NCBI GenBank assembly: GCA_964252035.1
Contig: OZ176207.1
Origin: Podarcis erhardii
Lineage: Eukaryota
Direction: 5' to 3' (one strand)
DNA: 64,000 nucleotides
The position numbers were made by a program, and so were the translations under genes. Under the pieces are notes generated by a model. The model did not search any database and had not been told where the DNA came from. It saw only the letters and a program-made list of their open reading frames with translations. Shown piece after piece: positions 49,512 to 60,091 of this stretch (position 1 is its first letter; each line of letters opens with the position of its first letter).

Positions 49512-50270
49512 GTGAGTAGTTAATAAATCTCTCTGTGTCTGCATATTTGTGTTGAAGCATCTCCTGCAGCAGTTCTCAGTAAAACAGATGCAAAGTTTCT
49601 GGCTACTTTTATGGACAGTTTGAAAAGATATGCTGCTTATTCTCCCTAAAGCCTTGCTAGTGTTGAATGAATTGTGATATCTGACTCTTTCCTCCTGCAG
49701 CAGCATTCTTAGTAAATTAATGTTAGTGCCTTTTTATTAAAACACCCTGCAGTTGGGGATTCTTGCACTGTATACTGTACAATCAGCCCAAATGGCATAA
49801 GGATAATGTTTATGTGTAGCCCCACTCAATCTAAGAGCTAAGGCAAAAATTAGAGATGACTGAGTCATTGTAGAACTCAGAAATGCCACACACATATATA
49901 CATATGTCTAACAAACACTGTTTGGAACCAATATATAGCATTGTATCCAAAGAACTGTGAAAAGAAGGTAAATTGGAAAAGTGCGGAAGGGTTTGTGCCA
50001 GACCATAATAGTAGTTGTCATGCTTCTGCTTTTGCAAGGTGCTGTGTAAACAGTTACACAAGCCGAAGAATATTTTTGGAGTTAGTTTGGCTTTTCTCAC
50101 ACAGTGTTTTAGTGAAAAAATAGCCCTGCACCAAAAGACAGCTCCGTCCATGATCAAAATGACACTTCTGGATCCAAGCTGGACAGAAGTGTAAGAGTGG
50201 AATTTTGAAGAGTGCTGTTTGAAGTATTTGCTGTGTATATTTTCCTCAGTGAAAACAAGTGAAATGATTA

Positions 50271-50512
50271 CAGTGGTACCTCGGGTTAAGTACTTAATTC
50301 GTTCCGGAGGTCCATTCTTAACCTGAAACTGTTCTTAACCTGAAGCACCACTTTAGCTAATGGGGCCTCCTGCTGCTGCTGCACCGCCGGAGCACAATTT
50401 CTGTTCTCATCCTGAAGCAAAGTTCTTAACCCGAGGTACTATTTCTGGGTTAGCAGAGTCTGCAACCAAAAGCATATGTAACCTGAAGCGTATGTAACCC
50501 GAGGTACCACTG
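50271..50512. mobile_element. Tc1/mariner MITE family A, 242 bp
   Basis: TIR cagtggtacctcgggtta...taacccgaggtaccactg; TA TSD. Confidence 0.93.
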
Positions 50513-51164
50513 TATATTGTTATAATACTGAAGTTAACCTAGGGCAGGTTCAGCCGCTGCATTTAAGTGAGTGAAAGGCAGATGGCCCTGTTCTGAGCAA
50601 ACATTACAAGCTTGTGGAAGTTTTGATTGTACTCAAAAATTATAATGTCCTGGAAAATCTACCTGACATCAAGGTAATACATTTGGGAGTGGAAGCGAGG
50701 GAATGGTTTTCGCCATGGGACTAGTAAGGGCATATTGCAAACTTCAGTAGAAGATTGGGCCAATATTATTCATGCTTTACTTCGAATATGCTTAGGTTCA
50801 TTTGTCAATGAAGCTCTGAGTTGATAGAATATGATTGGTATGGAAAATATCTGAATGTTTATACTTAGAATACTTGATCCTTTGCAGTTGTAGGCTTCTT
50901 GTGTGCAGTGCACACCACTGCAATTTCTCCAGGCCTCAAGTTCCTTAAATGAACTCAGATATACTTGCAAAAGACCTTACAGAGCTAGGTTTGAAAAACA
51001 CAAGTACATTTAAGTCACCTGCATATTAAAATGGTTCCGATGGCATGACTGTGAACCAGATGGAATTCAGTGTCATAAGGTAACAGGAAACTTGTGAAGA
51101 AAGCAGCTAGAAGAGCAAAAGAACCTCTGTGAAAAGCAGAGCCAAAATCTGAGTTTGTTTGTTG

Positions 51165-51420
51165 TTTATTATTATTATTGTTGTTGTTGTTGTTGTTGTT
51201 GTTATCATCTGTCTGAAGATTACGGGGTGGTTCACAAGATAAAAATACAAAATGAGAACACAAAATACATAATAAAACAAAAACAAATCAATAATCTCCC
51301 TCCCACAAACACATTTAAGAGGCCATAGAATGTTAATCAACCAAAGGTCTGGTGATAGACAACATTTCCACCCAGCACCTAAAGATATGTAATGAAGGCA
51401 CCAGGCAACCCTCCCTCGTT
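51165..51420 (-). mobile_element. L2 LINE 3' end with (AAC)n/(AAT)n tail
   Basis: (tta)n(ttg)n tail, then ggggtggttcacaa and ccaaaggtctgg...cacctaaagatatgtaatgaaggcaccaggcaaccctccct, the reverse-complement L2 ORF2 end. Confidence 0.75.
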
Positions 51421-51642
51421 TAGTGTCGGAAAGAAATATACAGTACTGCATTCATAAAAATATGTAGAAATTATTTTTGGCATGTTGTAGCCTTAAAATC
51501 TATATAAAGAAATAAATGTATCAACGATGAACTAGCATTATGGATTGAACTGGGCCAAATTTTATTATTCTAAAGAAAAGTTGTGGTTAAGATTCTTCAT
51601 TTTCCACAGGCAGCACATGGGGTATTTTTATGCACTATTAAC

Positions 51643-52130
51643 TGTCACTGACTGACTGGACACCAATGAATGGTGAGAGGTACCAGCTGGGGATCCCCCA
51701 GGGGATGAAGACTCAGAGCTCAGGGATTGCTGGTGGGATGATAATAAGTGGTAAGAGGGAGAAGAAGGTGTTGGAAGCTGAAGAGGTAACAGTGTTTAGT
51801 GAGCAGGGAGAGTCTGTAGCAGAGAGAAGTCCAGAAACAGAAGCAAGAGAGGAAGGGAGGTCAAGAGGCAGAGATGAGTCAGGCTGTTGAAGAAGCTAGG
51901 GGGTTTCCCCCTCCTGCTGTGTCAAGCTCCCCTCCCCCCTGGTCTCCCAGGACCTGAGGAGGTTTGAACAGGGAGGAGCAGAGGGTATAGTGATGTAGTC
52001 TCAGATTGCTTAGGAAGGAACCAGAGGAGGAATAGATTTAGGCACTGTGGGAAGGTGGGGACCTCAAACCTCCATAATTGCCTCATAGGGGCAAGGCCTA
52101 CCATGAAGAGCTGCTGTGCTCATTAGGCTG
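51643..52130 (+). mobile_element. Gypsy-like LTR, 3'-truncated
   Basis: Starts tgtcac, followed by a purine-rich U3-like body recognised as a recurrent lizard LTR type; no right terminus found. Confidence 0.5.
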
Positions 52131-52220
52131 GTGCTTTTGAATATGAAGCTTAAAACAAGATATAATTTTCTTTCAAATTTGAAGCACTGAAATAACATCT
52201 TTTGTATAATTAATAATGTA

Positions 52221-52426
52221 CAGTGGTACCTCTGGTTATGAACTTAATTTGTTCCAGAGGTCCATTCTTAACCTGAGGTACCACTTTAGCTAATGGGGCC
52301 TCCCGCTGCCACCGTGCCACCGCTGAGCGATTTCTGTTCTTAACCCGAGGTACTACTTTCGGGTTAGTGGAGTCTGTAACCCAAAGTGTTCGTAACCCAA
52401 GGTGTTTGTAACCCGAGGTACCACTG
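52221..52426. mobile_element. Tc1/mariner MITE family A, 206-bp deletion variant
   Basis: Same TIR and TA TSD; two internal deletions relative to 50271-50512. Confidence 0.92.
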
Positions 52427-52912
52427 TATACTTCTTATTAGAACAACAGGGGCAGGCCACCATAAACTGCTTTGTTTTTATTAGGACTTGTGTAGAAGTT
52501 CTTCTGTAATGAAGCCATGCTTAGCAGATCATTTACAACATTGAAAATTTTTTAAAATTATTTTATTTTTTTCAAAATTTCAAATGAGAACCACAAAAGT
52601 ACAACACTTTCCTTGCCATTTTGCTTTCTGGAGCATGGGCTTAAAATAGTTAAGCAGTGTAACTGAGCGTGCCAAGTAGAGATTTCGGCTCATTTATTTC
52701 TTTAAAAAAAAAAAAAAAAATCTCATGCTGCAACGCAGTAAGGTTTTGAAAGTTGGACGTTTCAAAACCAGTATGTGATAGTTCAGAATTCCTCTTGGGA
52801 GTACAGAATATCCCAGGCACCAAAAGAGCAATGTGAATTGTGACCTAAATATGACTAGATTAAATACAAATAAAGGTCAACACCCATATGATACCAGCAT
52901 CTTTGCTAAGTA

Positions 52913-53129
52913 CAGTGCTACTTCGGGTTATGTATCACTCTGGATATGTAATCTTCAGGTTGTGAATACGGCAAACCCAGAAGTGTATACTTCCAGGTTT
53001 CGCCATGCGCATGTGCAGAAGCAATCTGTGTGCAGTGCGCATGCACAGAAGGGCGCCTCCGGTTATGGACTTTTCAGGATATGGCCTGGCCTCCAGAACG
53101 GATCTTGTCTGTAACCAGAGGTACCACTG
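52913..53129. mobile_element. Tc1/mariner MITE family B (217 bp)
   Basis: ta|cagtgctacttcgggtta...taaccagaggtaccactg|ta. Confidence 0.85.
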
Positions 53130-53285
53130 TAATTTGATTTTTGCTGTTGTGATTCTTTCATTAACCACATGCAAAACAGTATTTTTCAGTCTGTTATACT
53201 CTTGAATTGTTCAGCAGTAATTGTAAAGGATTATCAGATATAAAACAGACATAAAACCTCATGATTTTATTATAAAGATTCAGTA

Positions 53286-54099
53286 CAGTAGACCCACAAC
53301 TTATGCACATTTAACTTGTGCGCATTTAGCTTTACGTGCTGGACAAAATAATAATAAATAAGTAAAAGGAGGCAGAGAGGGGCCGCGGGTGGCGCTGTGG
53401 GTTAAACCACAGTGCCTAGGACTTGCTGATCGAAAGGTCGGCAGTTCGAATCCTGGCGTGACAGGGTGTCGTTCAGTCCCAGCTCCTGCCTACCTAGCAG
53501 TTCGAAAGCACCCCAAAGTGCAAGTGGGACCGCTCTCTAGCGGGAAGGTAAACAGCATTTCCGTGTGCTGCACTGGTGCTGGCTCACCAGCTGCGGCTTA
53601 GTCACGCTGGCCACATGACCCGGAAGCTGTCTTCAGACAAGCGCCAGCTCCTGGCCTCTTGAGCGAGATGAGCGTGCAACCCCAGAGTCGGTCACGACTG
53701 GACCTGTTGGTCAGGGGGTACCTAAAAGGAGGCAGAAAAGAGACAAGTGTGCAGGGAAAAAGATTTCGGCAGTCTCACCCACTGGCAGAGCATAAGCTAA
53801 TGGCAACTGGGACACACCCCTGAGGGGGGCAAGGCCTGTCGCGATTGAGTGCCTCAGGTGCCTCAGGTGGCTGGTGGCATCCTGCCATGTTGTCTCTGAC
53901 TCAGGAGTCAGTCTCCAGTGAGAGATCCTGTTGTAAGGGTGCCTGGTTGTACCCCCTCAAAACAAAAACACCCAGGGTCACGGTCTCCCAGCCCCGCTCC
54001 CCAAGCTATGCCATCTTCCATTGCACCCAGTGTGTTTTGTCTATATGTAATTTTGGCTTTATGCCCTATCCCTGGAATGTAACCCCAGCATAACTACTG
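53286..54099. mobile_element. Tigger-like non-autonomous DNA transposon hosting a Sauria SINE
   Basis: ta|cagtagaccc...ctactg|ta; right TIR partly deleted; subterminal ttagctttacg/ttggctttatg motifs at both ends. Confidence 0.6.
53377..53722 (+). mobile_element. Sauria SINE
   Basis: ggggccgcgggtggcgctgtgggttaaaccac head, gttcgaatcc B box, ends ggggtacct; 14-bp TSD taaaaggaggcaga (53363-76 and 53723-36). Confidence 0.93.
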
Positions 54100-55261
54100 T
54101 ATATAAATATCTGGAGCCGTTTCCTCTTCATTTTTCTTCCATTACATCAAAGAGTGATGGGATTCATTTTTTGAAATTAAAGCACCTGACTCTTCAACTA
54201 TATATTTTTTAATATGGAATCATTTATCTCAATAAATTCTTAGCAGAATTTTGCATCCAGACAATATTGCACTGATTAATTATATTTATTGTTGTTTCTG
54301 AAATAGCTGTACAAAATTTAGAAGCACGGTTGCATTTATACCAATTATGTTATAATGCTGTCATTATGTTAAAAAATAGGGATTGTTTTGTCATGGGACT
54401 CAAAATGAGGAAATGTTACAATATTTATTCACCAGAACAACCATACCCTCTTGTTCTATCCTTGTAAGTAGGCAGAAGTATTTCCATAGGACTTACTCCT
54501 TGTTCAAGTTTTGCTGGGTTTTCCTGCAAGAGCACCTATAACAGCAGCTTTCCTACCAAAGCAGCACATTGCATTCTCCTTTTAAACAGAATTAGAACAG
54601 GTGTACATTTAGCAAATATACCACATGTGATTAAATATTAAGCACTTCACTTCTTTAAACAATACGGTTAGCATCAGAAAAATAAGAATAGAAAACTAGC
54701 AAACATTTCTACAGGCAAAGAAGATGAGAGAGAAAACTTGATGAAAGCCTCATTTTCAAAGGGATGCCTGCAGCATGTAGCTAGAGGCAAGTTAACATTA
54801 GCTGTAGTCCTTTGTAAGACCTATTTATGGAAAGGGATGTAGGGCTCTTTTGTTTTTGTTTTTAGCATAACAAGCAAGCAAACAAAAACTATGCTGCAGA
54901 AATTACCATACTTACAGTACTTATTTGTATTTTTGTACCTTGCCGCTATTTGACCCCTAATTTAGCAAGTTTACCTAATTATTTTGCTGCTTTCTAAAAT
55001 GCTGTTTCTCTCTTTTTTGCACTACTGTATAAAAGAAGTCATCAGTAGAGCAGAAATACAGAGACTGTTGTACTGCTTTATAGCATATGACTATGTTTTC
55101 TTGGCTCAGAATATAGACATTAGTTGGATAGACTGTTTGGTCCATAATGTAAAGAATCTCTTCACTTTCTTTGGCGGGTGGGGAGGACAGAACTGTGGCA
55201 AATTAACGGGTGCAGAAGCACCAATTTGTATATATATGTACTTTGCTTCCCCTTTACTCTC

Positions 55262-55479
55262 ATAGTCAGTGGTCAGGGGGATGGGAGTTGTAGTCTCTAA
55301 CAACATCTAGGAACGCAAGGTTGAGAAAGGCTGCTCTAGACCAAGGATAGCCAACCCAGTGCCCTCCAGATATTATTGGACTTCAGCTCCCATCAGCCTC
55401 AGCCAACACAGCCAATAATAATATATGATGGTAGGTATAATCCAACACCACCTGGAGGCTACCATGTAGGCTACCCCTA
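55262..55479. mobile_element. Two adjacent hAT MITEs (right arm to 55333; diverged full copy 55342-55479)
   Basis: Separated by the 8-mer ctctagac; the second copy has right flank cttcagac (6/8). Confidence 0.65.
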
Positions 55480-56598
55480 CTTCAGACAGAGCTGCACTGG
55501 GTTTTTAGCAGGCCCAACATCCTTGGAAAACTCCAGGGCTCCGTGAATGCTCTTAGGCCTTGGCCTGCTCACCTCTCAGCCTTGCCTAGAGCAGTAGTGG
55601 AGGGTTGCAAGCCTTTTGTCAGTATTTTTTCCCACAGTGCCTTGGAGCCAACCTTTGTCATAGCACTCTAAGCAACTAAAATGATGGGCAGCTTGTTGGT
55701 ATTTCCAGAGGCCACTGAGCTGTTGTCACCACCATTAGTAACCCTACCAATAAGGGCAACAATGTCAGAGAGGTCGCACCCATGGACACTTGGCCAGGCA
55801 GCCAAGCTCTGTTTTTTAGTCATTGTATGGGACTAATTTGATTTTCCTAAAGCAAGAATAAACCTGCAATTGTAAAGTAAGCATATTCATATAAGGAAAG
55901 AATGTTATTTTTGCTTGGGGGGGGGAGTTGAAAGAGTTTGTTTTTCATTAAACATACATTTGTATGCAAAGCTTATATTTTTATGTTGCATTCCCAACTA
56001 GATTGTGGGGGTAAACAGCCAGCCCACGGTGCCATGCTCCTAAGGTTTATTGGCATATCTGAGCAAGTGGAGCTGTGCATAGTGTTGCAGCATAGTTGAC
56101 TTACAAAGAAAGGAAATTTAAGAAGGGTACTCAGTATCAAATAACCCACAGTACGCTGGCAAAACCAAAAACTTTTGAAATTATACTGTTTCTAATTTCC
56201 TTAGTGATGTTTTAGAGGTGGCATGCTGCCCTTCCTAAAGGAAGTATTAGGATGTGAAACGAAAGCATGGTTAAGGAATTAACATGTGTGTGTCTGTGTT
56301 ATGTATTATATGTGTGTAGGAGACATTTCCTTGTTAGTCATGGCTATTAGATGTGTGGTAAATTGTGTTTAAAAAAAATATCAGTGAGGAATTGCTGAAG
56401 CTTTTGTAAAGATTGGATATGTCACCTGTCTGTTCCAAATGTGCTGCATGATATTTCTGAGATGCATTCTTGCTACCTTTTCATTTGTTTCTCCAGTTCT
56501 AGTCTCATCTTGATTTTTTCATACATTAATATTTGGCTTTTCTTTCCTTCCATTTCATCTTTTCCTCCACTGCCTAAATCCTTCCACCATCATGGCAG

Positions 56599-56628
56599 AA
56601 GAAGCTATCACTCCTACACTTATTACCT
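56599..56628 (+). CDS. PTPRM: PTPRM alternative 30-nt juxtamembrane mini-exon: (R)RSYHSYTYY(L)
   Basis: Pyrimidine-rich upstream region, cctaaat branch-like motif, cag acceptor and perfect CT|gtaagt donor. Symmetric phase 2-2. Homologous to the Tyr-rich alternative exon 16 of PTPRT (RRNAYSYSYYL, from memory). Confidence 0.9.
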
Positions 56629-56685
56629 GTAAGTAACTTACTTGTGCATCATCAGAGACATGCTTTCTGCCATGTTGTTCCTCTG

Positions 56686-56707
56686 TGCATGAATAGTGAA
56701 TACTAAT
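56686..56707 (+). promoter_or_regulatory. RBFOX (TGCATG) and QKI (ACTAAT) motifs downstream of the 30-nt exon
   Basis: tgcatg at 56686-91 and actaat at 56702-07, 58-79 nt after the donor. Confidence 0.5.
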
Positions 56708-56944
56708 GATTCAAACTTCCTTTGTGAAACCTGAAACACTTTTCTGCCTCGCTTGAAACCAAACATCTTCATGTCATTGTATTCAAATCCACGTTTCCTT
56801 TAGGTTTCCTTTGCCACGTACTGTGTGTTAAAAGTGTTGTAATTTTTTTTCCTCATCAAAAATATTAGGAAAATACAAGCACCATTATTAGGATTTCAAA
56901 AAACAAAACCAAGTTTAGGGTACCTTTAAATAAAATACTTGGAT

Positions 56945-57025
56945 CCAGATCTTATGCGTGTTTACTTAGAAATAAGCCCAACTGAGTTCAAAGGGCTTAT
57001 TCCCAAGTAAGTGGGCATAGAGTTG
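56945..57025. mobile_element. Short palindromic MITE-like relic (Harbinger-like, common in sauropsids)
   Basis: Arms ttacttagaaataagccc / gggcttattcccaagtaa; a half copy lies near 45410-45450. Confidence 0.55.
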
Positions 57026-58271
57026 TTGTTTTTGATTTTTTGTCCTTGTTGAAAATCTAGTGATGTATGTACATGTGCAGCCATTTACCATACATCCATT
57101 GCTGTATACATTTTAATCCCATTCATAAATAAAATGCTGCTTAAATGTTGCATATTCTGTAACACATAGTTGTGCTGTGTTGATCCCAGAGAATGAGACG
57201 TACATAGTAGGTAAGAGGGTATTTTCTATTTGAAATCAAAAGGGCATGTTCACAAGGTTATGTTTACTCGTTCGCTGTTATTTTTAAAGAGGACCAAATT
57301 TTAAATAGAGCAGGAGTGTTTGTACGGCGTTGTCTGTCGGGATGACCTGCCTGTTCATTACTTTCTTTCTGAAGAAAATCTATAGGCGAATACACAGTGC
57401 ATGAGCCATAACTGTATAGTAAGCATTTATGGTAGTTAATTTGTAGATAATCTTGGAAGGAGGGTTGTTGCCTTTATGGAGCACATAGAAGAATACCAGT
57501 GTAATCTGACAAACCACTTTTGGAAATGGAGTGCTGATCTCGATGGACCTTTAGCAGAACTCTCCTGACATTCTCACAATGGCATAACCCTGCACAAGGT
57601 TTCCTACTTCTGCTCCTGTACAGCAAGAGTGAAATGTATGAATCAAGCATGGAGGGGTGAGAGGAGGCATGAGATATTAATAAATAACTGCAACAATTTA
57701 CCTTAAAATACACAACTTCCTTTTAAAACATTTTTAAAATCTTGAATTTATCAAGGGTGAACATCTGTGTGGTTGTACACCTTTTGACCCCCATCTTATC
57801 TGAAATACCATGCCTGGATGAAGCATTCCCACCCTGATGAAAGACCTATAGTAATAACCAGTGTTATTTTTCTAGAAAATGAGGTGCCAGAACTCACCAT
57901 GAACACCTCCTTTGTTAGAACGGCAATGGCGCCCACTTGAGAGGTGCCGGAACAGGGAGTACCAGGTGAAAAAAAAAGCCCTGGTAATAACTGGTTTATA
58001 ACTAATGACATTTGAGTTCTGTTCATGGTTTAGTGTGGGCATTGGGGAGAACTGGGATCTTAAGTCTTTAACAGCTGTCTAGCAAGCAGAAATTAAACAG
58101 GTTGAACCTTTTCAAGTATGAAAATACAAATAGTGTGTGCAGATTTTATGCCAATTTGAGTCTTCTTTTGTGAACGCAACAGAGGGCCCAGTCCACTGAA
58201 AATGCTGTTGGCACCCCTGGGGACAATTCCAGTATGTGAAATAAATGACCCAGAAAGTTGATTTCTGGAAT

Positions 58272-58326
58272 GTAGGGGGTTGGACTAGATGACCCTTGGG
58301 ATCCCTTCCAACTCTACGATTCTATT
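58272..58326 (+). mobile_element. CR1 3' UTR stub
   Basis: gggggttggactagatgacccttgggatcccttccaactctacgattctat. Confidence 0.85.
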
Positions 58327-59920
58327 AAATGAAAATCAGCCTCAGTTGCAGGCTTTTACGCTCTTGGCCCAAATCTCTTTGAATAATAGAACAAAGATAG
58401 TTGCACTCCTGTGGCGCAGAAACAGTTGGGATGTTAAGAAATTATTTGTATATAGCACATTCCCAGAGAAAAATAAAGGGTGCAGTAGAAAAGCTTGTGG
58501 GGAAGGATTTTATATTCTGCTAAGCTTTTAAATGGCTATAAAAAAGAGCTAGCAGACTGCTCCTTGAATGCGGCGCATGAAAGGAAGTATTGGATTACCT
58601 TGGGCACTGACAGCATGTGGGGAAAGACAGAAAACGTCTTGTGGAGGCTTCGATGGCGGGTGTCATTCTATTTTATTCCATGATTCCTGAACATCTGAAG
58701 TATCATTGTGACTGTGCCCACCTCATTACTGTTTGCACACTCTTCGTGTACAGAAATGTTGCTTAAGGCTAAGTTACACTGCATGGCGAAGCCACAACTT
58801 GGTAGATAATTTATGTTGCTTAGGGACTGTAGTTTCATAACAAATTAAGCTGTTAGTTTTCAGGGTGATTTAATGAAATATTGAACCAAGTGCCAAGGGC
58901 AGAACCATGAGGAATGAGGTGAACGTACACAAATCAGTGCACAGTTTTGTTTTGTTTTAAAAAGGCGAAAGGTGGAGAAAAGTAACTCAAATGTCTTTTT
59001 ATTCCTGTGTTTTAGTTCTTGCTAGCTCAGAAAAGTTAAAACAAAATGCTTCTGTCTCTGGAGTGAAATGTGTTCATTTAGCCTGCTAGCATTAGTATTC
59101 CTGTGTAATTATATTTTTATTTGAACTCTGAAACTCTTATCCTTTGAATACCTTTTAAACCCTACAGAATATGCTCTGGCTGAAATGCCTTCATTGACCC
59201 TATTGGTGGGTGTTATGACTAGATTAATGATAATCTGCCCCAAGGTACCATCTGTCAGCCCTCTTTTGTATTTCCACTAGGTAAATTGTCTCAGCCTGCC
59301 CATTCTTTCCCCCTCTCCAAATCTTCAAAGAATTTCTTTCCTGCCATAATGCCACAGGAGAGAAGACAGCCCTATCTCATGATTAAGCAACATCTGGTTG
59401 GGGTAGCTTGTGTACAAAAGATACCAAACTTTCCTTGGGTGATTGCCACTGAGTAGTGAGGGGAAATGTAGGTTAAGGAGTAGACATGGCCATTTCTTCA
59501 CTTTGGTTTATTGTTTTGTTTCTCAACATCATGATTGCAATAATATATTGTCAAGGTGGGATGAACAACTGTTAGCTATTAAGGAGTCAGAGAGACATGG
59601 AGTGGGGGAATGAAATCTCAACTACTTTATTATTTTAAAATTCACTAACACATACATACATACATATTCCTGGGTTTGAAGGTAACAGCCTTGACCCATT
59701 TAAAAACAAACAAACCAGTAGCTGGACCAGATCTGTGTTATATAGAGGGTGTCCCAAATTGTTCCACGGGTAATAGTGCTGAACTATACAGTGTGGAGCT
59801 GCTGTTTCATTATTTGGAGGAACATTTCGTCTCTGAAAAAATGTGCATCGTATCTATGGCATGACAACACTTAAGAAGGAGATGAAAAGGGAGGGCAGGG
59901 CATGATTTTTAATGATAGGG

Positions 59921-60091
59921 CTGACTCCAACTAAGTCGTTCTGTGTGGCCTCCACCCACTAAATATGCTCTGGAATGTTGAGGGGACACCCAGTACAAGT
60001 TTAGGGGGTACATGAGAAGGGGGATAACTCCCCTTGTGTGAGCAGAACTCCCCAAGCACATATCCCACTTAGCACTACGTTGAATTCCACA
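59921..60091. mobile_element. PIF/Harbinger-like MITE relic
   Basis: Imperfect inverted ends gggctgactccaactaagt / acttagcactacgttgaattcc. Confidence 0.4.
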
